A stretch of DNA of 64,000 nucleotides. Source: Blasia pusilla. Its lineage: Eukaryota. Shown one piece after another: positions 40,037-51,900 of the stretch (its first letter is position 1; every line of letters begins with the position of its first letter). The notes beneath the pieces are model-generated. The model was not told the origin of the DNA, did no database searches, and saw nothing but the letters and a program-made list of their open reading frames with translations. Both the position numbers and the translations under genes were made by a program. The DNA lies in the NCBI GenBank assembly GCA_050084515.1, contig CM114271.1, forward strand, positions 19,716,001 through 19,780,000, in the 5' to 3' direction.

Positions 40037-43000
40037 TTGAAAATGGCGATTGAGGGAGAACAACCCAAGAAGGGCCGAATCAAGCGACGTGAATCAAGAG
40101 ATGAACCAATGCCGGACTATGATGCTATGGAGGAGACAGAGACTCCCGAAGAGCTGAACGTGAGACGTGAGGACGTTCCAGTAGGCGAATCCTTCTGCGA
40201 GCCTTTGGGCCCAAACCCAAGGGAACCAACAGAGTCAAGGTAGACGTTGGACTTGTTGAAGTTGTTGGTAGAGCAGATGTCCGAGCAAAGCAAGCGGATT
40301 GCAGAGTTAGAGGCCACCCGAACTCCGGATGCGGACAGAAAGCTCTGCAAGACAAACCTGCCCACGCCATTCACTAAGGTGGGGCACTTGCAGAAAGTGA
40401 AGGATTTCCTTACGGAACTGGAACTGTACTTCGAGGCGCATAGGCCAACTGAGTAGCACAAGGTGACGGTAGCCATTACTTTCCTGAAGGATCACGCGCT
40501 ACAATGGTGGATAGCTCAACGAGAGGAATATCTGGCCGGCAAGTCACCTCTAAGTTGGGAGGAGTTTAAGGTGTTGATTGGTGATCAATTCACTCCAAGA
40601 GTACCAAGGGTTGGGCGACACGGTGGAATGCGTGCGGATGCGGCAGAGTGGTTCCTTAAGCGCGTATGTGAGGGAGTTTAGTGCAAAACTGACTTCTCTT
40701 CTCAAGATGGATGAGCACGCAAAGAAGGCTATCTTCATTAGTGGACTCAAGCCGAGCGCTGAAAAGGCCCTTTACTGAATGAAGACGTTGCTAGATACCT
40801 GCGCGGATCTTCAGAAGCTAGCGGAGCGGATTGGGGACGATGAAGTCCAAACCCAGAAACCCTTTGAGCCAAAAGGTTTTTCGAAGAAGTCGAAAAATAA
40901 GGAGACGTTCAAAAGAGTTTGGAGTGGGGGTCTGCATAATCCAAGAGAGTCGTCTGCCCCGGCAACAAAATGAGTGGAACTTCATGCAAAGCCGAGAGGA
41001 GGACAACACTCGAAGTCAGGGAACGGCAAGGTCATATGCTACAATTGTGGCGAACCGAGGCACCAGGCGAAAGTGTATTCGAAACCGAATGTTAGTAATG
41101 GGAGTATGATTGCGTTTGCTGCTAAGCATCTATTGGCGGGTGATCTCGAGACGTCCCTTTAGGTCACCAAGAGGACGCACAATTTGGTGTACCTAAGATC
41201 CAAGATTTCTGATCGCGATGTGTTGTTGCTCGTGGATACAAGTGCTTTGCACTCCTTCCTAAGCCCGAGAATCGTGAAGGAACTGGGGTTGTCTACCTCT
41301 AAGGCGGATGAGCCCATTCGAGTAGGATTTGTAGGAGGCAAGTCTCATCGGACTTCTGAGTTGGTCTTGAGGTTGACCGTAGGATGCGGGGTATTCGAGT
41401 CGAAGGAGAATTTCACTGTGTGCGAAATGGATGGCATTGACGGAGTCTTGGGGAATACATTCCTAGATGCGTATGAGGTGGAGTTAAGACGTAGACCCTT
41501 GAGGTTGAGCGTCTTGCTAAAAGGCAAACAGTTGCAGGTGCGGTTGGTCCGTGAGGTTTCGGCGAAAAAGGAGTTAGTGAACTCGATTACAAGGAGAAGC
41601 ATGACTGAGTTGGAGAATGGGTTTCTCTGCTTGTTGAGACAAGTGGAGGAGGCTACAAACAGAATACGCACAGATCAGGACACTGCTTCAAGGAGAATCC
41701 CATAACCACTCCAAGAAGTGGTCAAGGATTTTGAGGATGTCTTGACAAATGAGCTTCCGACTGAGTTGCCGCCACATAGAGCCGTCGACCATAAGATAGA
41801 GATCATACCTAGTTCCCAACCACCTTCAAAAGCACCATATAGGTCGAATCAAAAGGAACTTCTTGAGTTGAAAAGGAAATTAAGTGAGCTCTTGGAAAAG
41901 GGTTATATTAGGACTAGCAAGTCACCTTGTGGAGCACTAGTTCTTTTTGTGAAGAAGAAGGATGGAAAGATGAGGCTATGTGTTGATTATCGTACGTTGA
42001 ATAAAGTGACGGTTCGGAACAATTATCCTCTTCCGAGGATAGATGATCTCTTCGATAGGCTGGCATGTGCGAGATATTTTAGTAGGATTGACTTGAAGGC
42101 AGGATATTACCAGATCCGGATTGCCAAGGCAGATGTGGAGAAGACTGCGTGTAGGACAAGATATGGTTCCTTTGAGTTTGTAGTGATGCCTTTTGGTCTG
42201 TGTAATCCGCCTCCAACGTTTACCATATTGATGAACTCCATTTTTCACAAGGAAATGGATGAGTATGTTATTATCTATATTGATGACATACTTATCTATT
42301 CGAAGTCCCTAGAGGAGCACGTTCGACATGTGAGAGCGGTTTTGTCAAAGCTAAGGGCGAATCAACTGTATGCGAATGTAGAGAAGAGTGAATTCGGGTT
42401 GAGCAAGATCAAATTCTTGGGTCACGTGATTAGCGCAGATGGCATCAGTCCGGACATGGAGAAGGTGAAAGCAATTGTCGAGTGGGAACCCCCATCCACT
42501 ATAAAGGGGATGAGGAGGTTCATAGGTGCGGTGTAGTTCTATCGCACTTATGTGAAAAAAATTTCGGGAATTGTGAGACCTCTCACGGATTGGACAACAA
42601 AGTTTGCCAACACAACTTGGACCCAGAAAGTTTATGAGGCATTCAGCCGAGTGAAGCAGATTCTATCGCAGGAACCAGTATTGAAGCTGCCGGAGTTTGA
42701 CAAACCTTTCGAAGTGCATACCGATGCTAGTGATTTCGCGGTTGTAGGAATGTTGGTGCAAGAAGGGAGACATGTAGCATACAAGAGCAAGAAGCTTAGC
42801 GATATTGAAAGGAGATGGCCCACTCACGAGAAAGAGTTGTTCGCGGTGGTCCATTGCTTGAGGAAGTGGCGGCATTATTTAGGGCTCCACAGGACTCGAG
42901 TATTCACCGATAATATATCACTCAAGTATTTTGAGACCCAGGATTGAGTGACACCGAAACAAGTGCGATAGCATGATACCTTGGCATTGATGGATGTTGA

Positions 43001-44574
43001 GTTGATTCACAAGCCAGGTAAAGATAATGTGATTCCAGATGCGTTGAGTCGCAAGGAGGAACACATGCCATCGACGACACAGGTCTTGAGAGCAATGTTC
43101 CCTAAAGAAACAGACGTGGAAAGAAAGATTCGTGAAGGATATATGAAGGACGCTCACGCAGGGGAGTACCTGAGGAAGTTGAAGCAGGGTGAGAAGGTGG
43201 CCAACATAAGTTTGAGGCACGGTTTACTAAGGTTCAAGCAGAGTAGGATCTATGTGGGGCAAGGCAGGATGGGAACCAAAGTGGTAGCGGAGTGTCACGA
43301 CGGACCCTTGGCAGGACATAAAGGAGAGAAATCTACGTTGGCTGTTCTGTTGAAGCGGTTTTTTTGGCCCAACATGAAAGAGGATGTTGCTCAATATGTG
43401 AAGACCTCTGTGACTTGCCAAGCGAACATAGTTTCTTATGATAAGAAAGAAGGCTTGCTGCATCCCTTGCCGATCCCAGAAGGACCCTTGCAAAGTGTGA
43501 GTATGGATTTCATCACGAGTCTTCCAAAATCTGAGGGATACAACGCTATACTTGTGATTGTTGATCGGTTTAGCAAGTTGGCGAGATTCGTGCCGACGGT
43601 GGATTGCAACGGCTTATACGACGTCGCAACTATTTATGGATAATTGGTGGAGTGCTCACAGTTTGCCGAGGAGCATTGTTTCAGATCGGGATCCAAAGTT
43701 TACCAGTGCTTTCTGGAAGCACTTGTTCAGGAGGTTTAAGACCAAGCTGAGTTTCAGTACGGCTTTCCACCCACAGATGGATGGATAGACTGAAAAGGTA
43801 AACTCAATCGTGAATCAGTACTTAAGGAATTATGTCAGTGCTGATCAACGAGATTGGGTCAAGTGGCTGATCATGGCGGAGTACTGCTACAACTCGACCA
43901 AGCATTCTACAACTGGAGAATCTCCATTTCTCCTGGCGAATGGACGAGAGCCAGAAGGGCCTCTTGACCTAGCCCTTTTGAAGGGTACTACATTGGTACA
44001 AACACGACAAGCCACGATAGAAGGCTTTTTGGTAGAAACGCAAGAACGGGAAGAGCGAGCAAGGCGAAGTCTTGCAAAGGCTCAAATGAGGTACGTTAAG
44101 CATGCTAACAAGAGTCGTCGCCAAGTACGATTCCAAGTTGGAGAGCAAGTGTGGTTGAGTGTGAAGAATCTCACTCTTCCGAAAGAGTTGTCTGCGAAGT
44201 TGTCTGCCAAGAATGGTGGACCATATGTGATTGTGGCAAACCCGTTTGAGGATGTGTATACATTGGGGCTGCCGAACGAGTTCAAGATTCACCTGACCTT
44301 TCATGTGTCATTGTTGAAGAAATTTCTTCAAGATAATGGATGTTTCAAGCGGAGACAGGTGGTGAGACCGCACCTGGTGATCATAAATAAAGAGCCGGAG
44401 TTTGAGGTGGAGACCATCTTACATTCGAGGCATCAGGCCAACAAGTATGAATACTTGGTTAAATGGAAGGGCTGCCATGTGAAGGACGCGACTTGGATTG
44501 TGGAGGCGGATTTGGAACACGCGCAAGAGTTGTTGCGAGACTTCAAGCAAACGCAAGCGAAGCACATACGTTAG
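40037..44574 (+). pseudogene. Chromovirus gag-pol (gag, protease, RT, RNase H, integrase, chromodomain) with stops and frameshifts
   Basis: AITFLKDHALQWW (gag); CYNCGEPRH knuckle remnant; LLVDTSA (PR); RLCVDYR, YPLPRIDDL, YIDD (RT); HTDASD, TDN (RH); H..GH, SMDFI, SDRDPKF, FHPQMDG (IN); EFEVETIL..YLVKWKG..ATW (chromodomain). Confidence 0.93.
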
Positions 44575-45243
44575 TTTGAGGAGAAGCTAGAGACATGACT
44601 TGTACCCATTGGAATCTTGGGCCGAAGGCCGTTGTAACTAGAATATGCTAGTGTTGCAATAAAGGAGTATATGGATTTGGAGATTCGATGCCATAGTTGA
44701 TTGCAATTTTTATGTGGTAGTGCATGGCTACGAGTCGTTCATCATAGGCTTAGGATGTAAGTCAAGAGGACAGACAAGGAGTATTTGAGGTGAGAGCTTG
44801 TATGTGGATAAGCACCTAGAACAGGACCTTGTGTTGGATTACATTCGGGCTCGCCCTAGCGTCGGCGGGGTAGATGAATCTGTCTTGGGGCTTGGGGTGA
44901 TCTTACTTGTGGCTACATAAGTAAACTTAGTGACGCACCTAAGTCGAATGCGAGAGCAACCCAATAATAGTACGATTTGTAGACCAGGTAAACAGGTGTG
45001 ATGTTTACAAGAATGAGCAAGAAGAGTCTGAGGTTGCACACTTAATTAGCTTATTTGATAGGTTAGTTCTTTGGAACCAGTCCGGGCTTATCAAAGAGGA
45101 GAGGTTAATAATTCTAAGTGGTGCACAGCGACAACTATAGACTAAGAGAAATTGCGCGTTAGCCACTAGAACCCAATTCAATGTCAAGGGGTAGGCTCCC
45201 TAGGAGACTTGACATAACAAAGGTTTGCGTTGATGAGGGTGAG

Positions 45244-46243
45244 TGTTGCGACCCTCATGACCAAACGAGTGCCAAAGCGGAACATCAAAACATTAGCGGG
45301 CTCACGCTACGATAGTTTGCGCGTTGGAGTGGTCTCGAAGAAGAGACAAGAGACTAGACGCAAGCGAGGCTTTGCATTTCAGATGTTATGGTCGTGATTG
45401 AGAAACCTGGACCAAACGCGGAACAAGACTTGAAAGGAGTTGAGTCTAGGAAGTGGGTTGCCAAAGGAAGAATCCGGATTTGGAATGCCACTAGCGTTTG
45501 AGAGTTTCCGACTATATTTATGGCCATAAATTTTAGCGCCGAGATGCATTTGGATCGAACAAGCATGCGTTGGAAAACTTATAGAAAGACAGTCCAAACG
45601 CACTAAAGATCTATGCGAACACGTAAGCAACGGTTGAGAAACAACCCGGAAACGACTGTAAGTAGAGTCGGGTTGAGGGCAACAACGAAGAACCCGACCC
45701 TCCTTTTCCAAAGGGGGGGTTATTGGAGAACTCTAGAAGTACTAGTAAGGGGGAAGGTCTCCGAGAGTGCTTGGAACTTGAACCACACTTTGGGGGCACG
45801 GGGCGGCTCAAGGGCATGGAATGGATCTAGAGTTTGGGGTTGGGTTGGGAAACCTGAACCAAGTCTATGGAGGCGATTTTAGACATCCCTCTTGGATTTC
45901 ACCCCACGACTCAATTACTTGGATCTAGGTTTGGAACTCACATGAGGTCCGTTGAACAGTTAGAATCGCTAGGCGCGCAAGTGTTGTTTTAGGTTCGTGG
46001 ACTAATCAGGAAATCTGTTCCAAGTCTTGAAGGACTTGCCATGTTTTGGAAACTAGGAAGTAAGGAAGGTTGAGCTTGATGAGACGCCGAGTTGAGAACT
46101 TGGTGGGTTGGAATGCTGGTTGGCCCAGACCCGACTAACGAGAGTGCGTGTTTGGGTGCAGATCGGCGATGAGATCGTGTCCTACTGAACGTACGCTTCC
46201 GCAACAATAAAGATTGACGTTCAAGGAGAGTAGGTGCACGACA
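45244..46243 (+). repeat. 3' LTR of chromovirus
   Basis: TGTTGCG...CACGACA, preceded by a polypurine tract. Confidence 0.95.
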
Positions 46244-46310
46244 AAGTTAGAGATATTCTCAATGTTCAAGAAATTCAGAGTTCTCATAAAGAAGAAAAAA
46301 TAGGGAGGCA
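46244..46310 (+). mobile_element. Continuation of the interrupted Copia integrase
   Basis: Removing the chromovirus and one TSD restores YFLKSK-LEIFSMFKKFRVLIKK, matching the Copia integrase KSExFxxFKxF motif. Confidence 0.75.
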
Positions 46311-47285
46311 TGCATGAGATCTAGAACAGAGCTACGAGGTAGCAATTGGGGCGACAAAACGAGAGGGATTTAGGGCCATGTAGGGAGTGGAAGAGAGAGA
46401 ACACAACTTGAGCATTAGCTAGGGAGGTAGTCGATGGATAGCTGATGAAAGGAGGAGGCACGACGCTTCCAACGAAGCAAAGATGCATAAGGGATGACCG
46501 ACTACGTAGGACGGCGTGGTGCAAGATGCATATGGATGGAGTAGAGGCGGGCTTAAAAGGTTGGGAGCCAGATGTGATGGAGCTTAGCTACATGATTGAA
46601 CCACGCTACATGGTGAGGGGTGAACATGGTAGGCCAATTTAACAAGATTACGATTAGTGGCAAGATTTTGCTAGCCACTTTTAGTTGTTAACAGAGAGCC
46701 GACTTACAAGCATTATGTGGATTGGGGGCGAGATGGATGATCCACGCCGAGGGTATGTGATGGAGTGCTAGAGGTGGAGACACGCACCCCAATACCAATG
46801 GGTATTCTACATCTATTAATGGGAGGTTTGACGTGCTGCTCGAGGAGATTTTTGTGTTGCAGAGCTTGCCGCACCACATAGAGCACTTAGTGCTGACCTT
46901 GGAGTCGAGTGATGGCGGACGTGCTCAGGCTATCCATCTGAGTCCCTTTTCCCACACTTATCTTGTATCATTGAGGGTGTTGGTTGTGAGATAGAGCTTA
47001 GGTTAGACATGTATAACAATGGTGATGAGTGTAGACTCCTTGTATGTATAACATTTTTGTTGATATAGGGCGATTTCCCAAGCAGGGATGGCGTGTATGA
47101 CTCGAGAGAGAGGTTGAATCGCTTAGGAAGCTAGTTCGGGCGGCTTATGGTGAGCCTGAGTGTTGAGTGTGTGTGAGACCAAGTGTGTCATCACAGGATT
47201 AGCATTGACGTAGGTGAGCTAGTGAGGAGTGTGGGAGACTCTTGGTGAGTCTGAGTGCTTGAGCATGTGAGAGGCATGATTGTCA
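46311..47285. mobile_element. Possible solo LTR or other repeat fragment
   Basis: Abrupt switch to G-rich, LTR-like non-coding sequence that truncates the Copia integrase; can be read TG...CA; no convincing TSD. Confidence 0.3.
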
Positions 47286-47315
47286 AAGAATCAAAGAATC
47301 AAAGAATCAAAGAAT
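47283..47315. repeat. (TCAAAGAA)x4 tandem repeat
   Basis: Directly visible. Confidence 0.85.
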
Positions 47316-47989
47316 TTAGAGGGAAGAATATAGTTTTTTTTAATGGTTTCCCCCCTTAACCATTTTCCCACTATTTCTCACGAGTATACTTGAACCGGGT
47401 TTGGGTGTATGGGAAAACCTTCCAAGGAAAGACGAACAACCGCCACTCAAAAGAGGAGCTTGCAAGCAAGTTAAAAGCGCGTTGTAGGGAGGTTTGATGA
47501 TTAAACAAGCTGTGATCAATCCTCTGTAGAGTTCTTCCCAAACAGGGGATATGTTGAAAAGATTTCTTTGATCGGTCGTGACTAACACCTACTTGTGAAG
47601 CAGATCAAGCCGTTTTTTTTTTCAATTGGATCTACATCCAACGATACTAGTACCTCAGACGGACGTAGTGTGCTTCAACCTAATGCGCCCAACAAATATC
47701 TTCCTCTCCTTGCCATTTCTCCGCTGCAATCCTATGCTTCTCCACGGAGCCACCATGCGCCTGCCTCTTGTAATGCCACCATGCGCCAACCTCGAACGAG
47801 CACTCAACTAGAGTTTTCAATTGCGCAAGTAGTTTTCCAACATGAAATGTGTGGTTGAAATCTAAAACTAATGTCGTCTCCTATGGACAGTTGTGTACAA
47901 AGTGATCAGCGAATCAAATTTTGCTGCTTGTTTCCAATCATATTTTAATCTTTGAGCTCTCCAAAAACACTTGAAAATTTGCAACTCTC

Positions 47990-48674
47990 TATGAGCGTGG
48001 TTGTCAAGATACTTTGGAAATTCCCCATGCAATAGTGCCTACTGTGACTGACGAGGGAAAAATTATCTATAAATCCATCCTTTTAAATCAGTTGTCTTGC
48101 AATCCTTTCATGTCAAAGGACAAGCTAACTTGAATGGTCCAAAAGACATATTACACTACTGGCAAGGGAAAGGATTGTGACCCTAATTTCCTGACTTGTT
48201 TGGTTGATGTTGGTAGTGATATCAAAATTTTGTTTGAATCTACAGCAGACGTTGGCCCTTCCACAAGATCAACAAAGTCAAAGAAAAGGAAGGGAAAAGA
48301 GACACAACTTGTAGTGGAGGCAAGAGTTGCAAAAAAGGAATATTGGTTAGGGCATATTCTTTTTATGATTCAAAAGAATGGTACACATTGGTGAAGACGT
48401 CGTAGGGCCTTAGACTTGATGGACATGCCTTTACCTCTTCCTAGACAAAAAGGGAAGCATTTATTGTGTCATGTGTAATTGGTACAAGTCTTCCGGCCAT
48501 GATAACAACAAAACCTTGTTTACTTATGATGCAATAGATGTGAAATGGATTGATACTGAAATGGTGATTTCTAATGTGAACTTGACAATAGAATCAGGGG
48601 TAGAAGATAGAATATTTATCCTTGATTTAGATGAGTTACATGCTTTGACTACATACATTCAGAGTGTGAGTTGA
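47990..48674 (+). pseudogene. Decayed ORF of unknown protein, possibly a DNA-transposon-associated C-terminal fragment
   Basis: Protein-like reading IVPTVTDEGKIIYKSILLNQLSCNPFMSKDKLT*MVQK..EYWLGHI..CNWYK..FTYDAIDVKWID; intronless; flanked by imperfect inverted repeats at ~47348 and ~48770. Confidence 0.35.
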
Positions 48675-50034
48675 TCTTGGTGATTTTTTTATGTTTGAGA
48701 CATGTTGGATTCGATATTTTTGTGGATTGTGCTTAGAGTGTACTTGACACCATTGAATTGTGAGTAGGTTAGTGGGAGGGAATATGCTAGGGGGATGACA
48801 GATTGGCTGATTGAGCTTCTTGCTCAATTAGGGGTTGAATCCAAGGTTGCACGCGTACAAAGTCCGTGTCCTCGGACTTGTCCGTGTCCGCGGAGATATG
48901 TCCGTCCCGAGGATGGACATGTCCGTGCGGGCCCAGGTGCGGGCTCTATGAGCCTGCATTTCTTGTGGCCCGCACCCAGGTCCGTGCTCACCGAGCATTC
49001 CACCCTTGCTCGGCCAGTCCGCATGACGCCCGGCGCCCGTTCTCAATCTGGCTAGTATCAAGGACAAGTTGGGCCCGCATCGCGCCCTCTAATTCATCGC
49101 CGTGACCCCCTAGCCCGCGATCCTGCGACGTCCCCCCCCTTCCCCCCCATGGCCCGCATGCGAGCCCGCGCACAAGCCTGCGCCGTAGCCCACGCCGTCC
49201 GAGCCGTCGCCCGCATGATAGTCTGCGTCAATTCCATCTTATCGGGTGAGTCCATTTGTGAAAAGCGTGCTTAGCCCGCGTGTGGCCCGCTTCTCCCGAA
49301 TCCTGAACCGCCACGTGGCATGGTGGGGTTAGCTAGATCAAATTTCAAACCTCCTCCCTACCCTTTTCCTTCCTCCCATTCCTCATATGGGATAAACCCA
49401 TAAGTTTTGGGTCCACAAGTGGGCCCAAAAATGCTTATAAGGACAGGATTAGGGGCTAATTAACCCCAATTATCCCTCATTTCCATGATTTATCTCATTT
49501 TCTGCCGTTTCTTTGAGTGTTTCTTGGATTAGGCTCCAAATTTCATTGGTTCCTTGATAGCTAAGGGCTTTCAAGGGTTCTAGGAATTTTGGAGAAATCC
49601 CTTGCGGGCCTTTTGGGAGTTGTTGGATTTTGTTTGTGGCACACTTGGATATTTGCGCTCCTTGTTGTGTCCTAAATAAACCCCAATTAACTCCACATTA
49701 GGTGAGAGGTTGTGAGTGTGGAAATCTCTCATCTCACTAAACTTGTTTGGTGATTTTGAGATTTTTGATTCCCAAACTCGAGTTATACATTTGTTTCATT
49801 GATTCCTTGATCACATTTGGCATGTGGAGGTGGTCAATGAAACTTATCTAAACACGCATATATTCTTTTTGAATGACCTACCTAAGCCAAAGCCTTATTC
49901 CTCCATTCACGCACGTGAGCATTATTCAAGCCACTCTCTTAGTATCTCATATCATTTTATTTTTTGGTACTTCCTTATCTCAACGCATACCATTTTTTCT
50001 AAGGAGATTTTCTTATCCTCTTCATCCGAGCAAA

Positions 50035-51101
50035 ATGTCTAGTGGGGCTGGGTCTTTAAGAGCGGGAGATAACCGAAATGAGACCGATGATAGACTAGAT
50101 GGTGCCAAGAGGCCAAGAGTGAATTCCATGAATGAATTCAACATGGCTATAAGAGAGGCCTGGTTAGATTGGTTTTTCTAGCTAACGCTAGAGAAGAGAC
50201 AATCCTATATTTTGAGGGGTATGGATGGTTTCCATGACTACACCTTGGAATTGCTAAGATTAGCTAGGAGAGTTGTAAAGACATTTCAATGGGAAGTGGA
50301 TATCAAAGAGTCCAATAGGTTAAGTAAAATTTGTGGCCAACAAGGTGTTCACCTTGAGAGAGTGTATATCGATCTCAAGGCATTCAAGAATGAGCAACCG
50401 AATCCTTTAGTGAAGATATTTACTATTTCCTTAAGGTGTTTAAGGAATCATCTTGATTATATTCAAGAAAATCGATGATTTGCGAGGAGATGTTTGCGAC
50501 TATTTTACATCGAGGTCTTGTTCGCATGGTGGGAAGGTTGATCAAGGATCCGCCACATTGCATCTATCCATATTGGAATGGTGGGCATCTTGAAAATTGG
50601 TTGCGAGCATGCCATACCATGAAGAATGGCGGGGCTAATTCAGGAGAGTTGGAAAAGATCATATGTCTTGCGATGACATCTAATGTTGTCCAGCTAGTGT
50701 TTGCCCTTCTTGGTACCATGGAGACTGTCCACAAGCATGGGATTTTTCACACCGAACTTCATGCGCGGAACATTTTCATCCATTTTGGAGCTAACTCTAT
50801 CCCATACATCGGGGTTGGAGATTGGAGAAATGCTATGTGGGAGGATGAGTGCTTAGCGTCACCTCATAGATGGTGGCAGTGTGAACAAAGAAATCATGTT
50901 CGGCACATAGCACCAGAGTTGACAGCAGGGCCTAAGAATCTCCCATTTACTATAGCCACTGAAATCTATGCCCTACGGATGATTGTGAAAATTTTGATTT
51001 ATGTGACATACAACCTCGCTCTCACGGATGCCCACGCGAATTGTGATATTTACTTACTTGGAAAGGATTCGAAAGTGAGCATTAATTCTAAATCCCTCTG
51101 A
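50035..51101 (+). pseudogene. Intronless protein kinase-like pseudogene
   Basis: One stop (50179) and one frameshift (~50450). Kinase subdomains in order: GQQGVH, LVKIF, EE, HRGLVRMVG, YWNGGHL, HTELHARN, GDW, IAPEL, EIYAL. Confidence 0.7.
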
Positions 51102-51405
51102 TTGCATAAGCTTAGAGTATCTTATTGTGTATATGAGAGCAAATGCCAAAATATTAGGTATAGACGATGTAGATTCAACATTAAGGCCAGTTACCACGAT
51201 GATGTGAATGTAAATCCATTGTCCGATTGTAACTATTTTCATGAGAAAAGGAATACTTCATTGAAAGAGGTTGATTTTGTGACTCTGAATATTTATGAAT
51301 GATTAATTTTGGTTGATCCATGGATGTATCCAAATGTCATCGTGTCACTATTATTGGAATATTTTCTAAACCACTATTTCCTTTTGGATTTTGGTAAAAG
51401 ATAAG

Positions 51406-51900
51406 ATGGCGTTGCCACCTCATGAAGACCGTAGTCCTCACGATGAAGAGGGTGATGGAAGAGGGGAAGAACAATCGCCCATGTGTGCGAAGGTGACCAA
51501 GAAGATGGTCGGAGAATTCATCATGGATGATGAATTGAAGGTGCACTTGGATAGCGCCCTTGACCCATAAATCCTCTCCCTAGAGTTGAAGAATTCGCGC
51601 ATCAAGTGGTCGGAGCGTGCGATTGGAGAATTTGAAAGGAAAGTGGAGAAGAAAGAGTGGCGAAAGGATTGGGCATTGTTCAATGGCCTTCCAAACTACG
51701 AGAGTCTCATTGTGAAGAAGAAGAAGAAGAAGTTAATGAGCAAGGTATTTATCAAGCTCAAAGTGGTGATGTTAATGAAGGACATGGATTTCCATTATGG
51801 TGATGTGAAGGACGGGTATCGAGGAAGAGACAAGAGGCGCATTGTTCAAGAGGATTGCACCCCACAACCTCAATCAAAACGAGCAAGAGTGGAACCTTCA
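51406..51900 (+). pseudogene. Unknown charged, Lys-rich ORF with one internal stop
   Basis: MALPPHEDRS...DP*ILSLELKNSRIKWSE..KKKKKK..SKRARVEP reads in one frame; NLS-like motifs; no recognised domain. Confidence 0.35.

Larger units (their letters stand above)
38893..46243 (+). mobile_element. Complete Ty3/Gypsy chromovirus (Galadriel-like), inactivated
   Basis: Two ~1 kb LTRs TG..CA; 5-bp TSD AAGTT (38888-38892 and 46244-46248); PBS TGGTATCAGAGC; PPT GATGAGGGTGAG; gag-PR-RT-RH-IN-chromodomain order. Confidence 0.96.
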
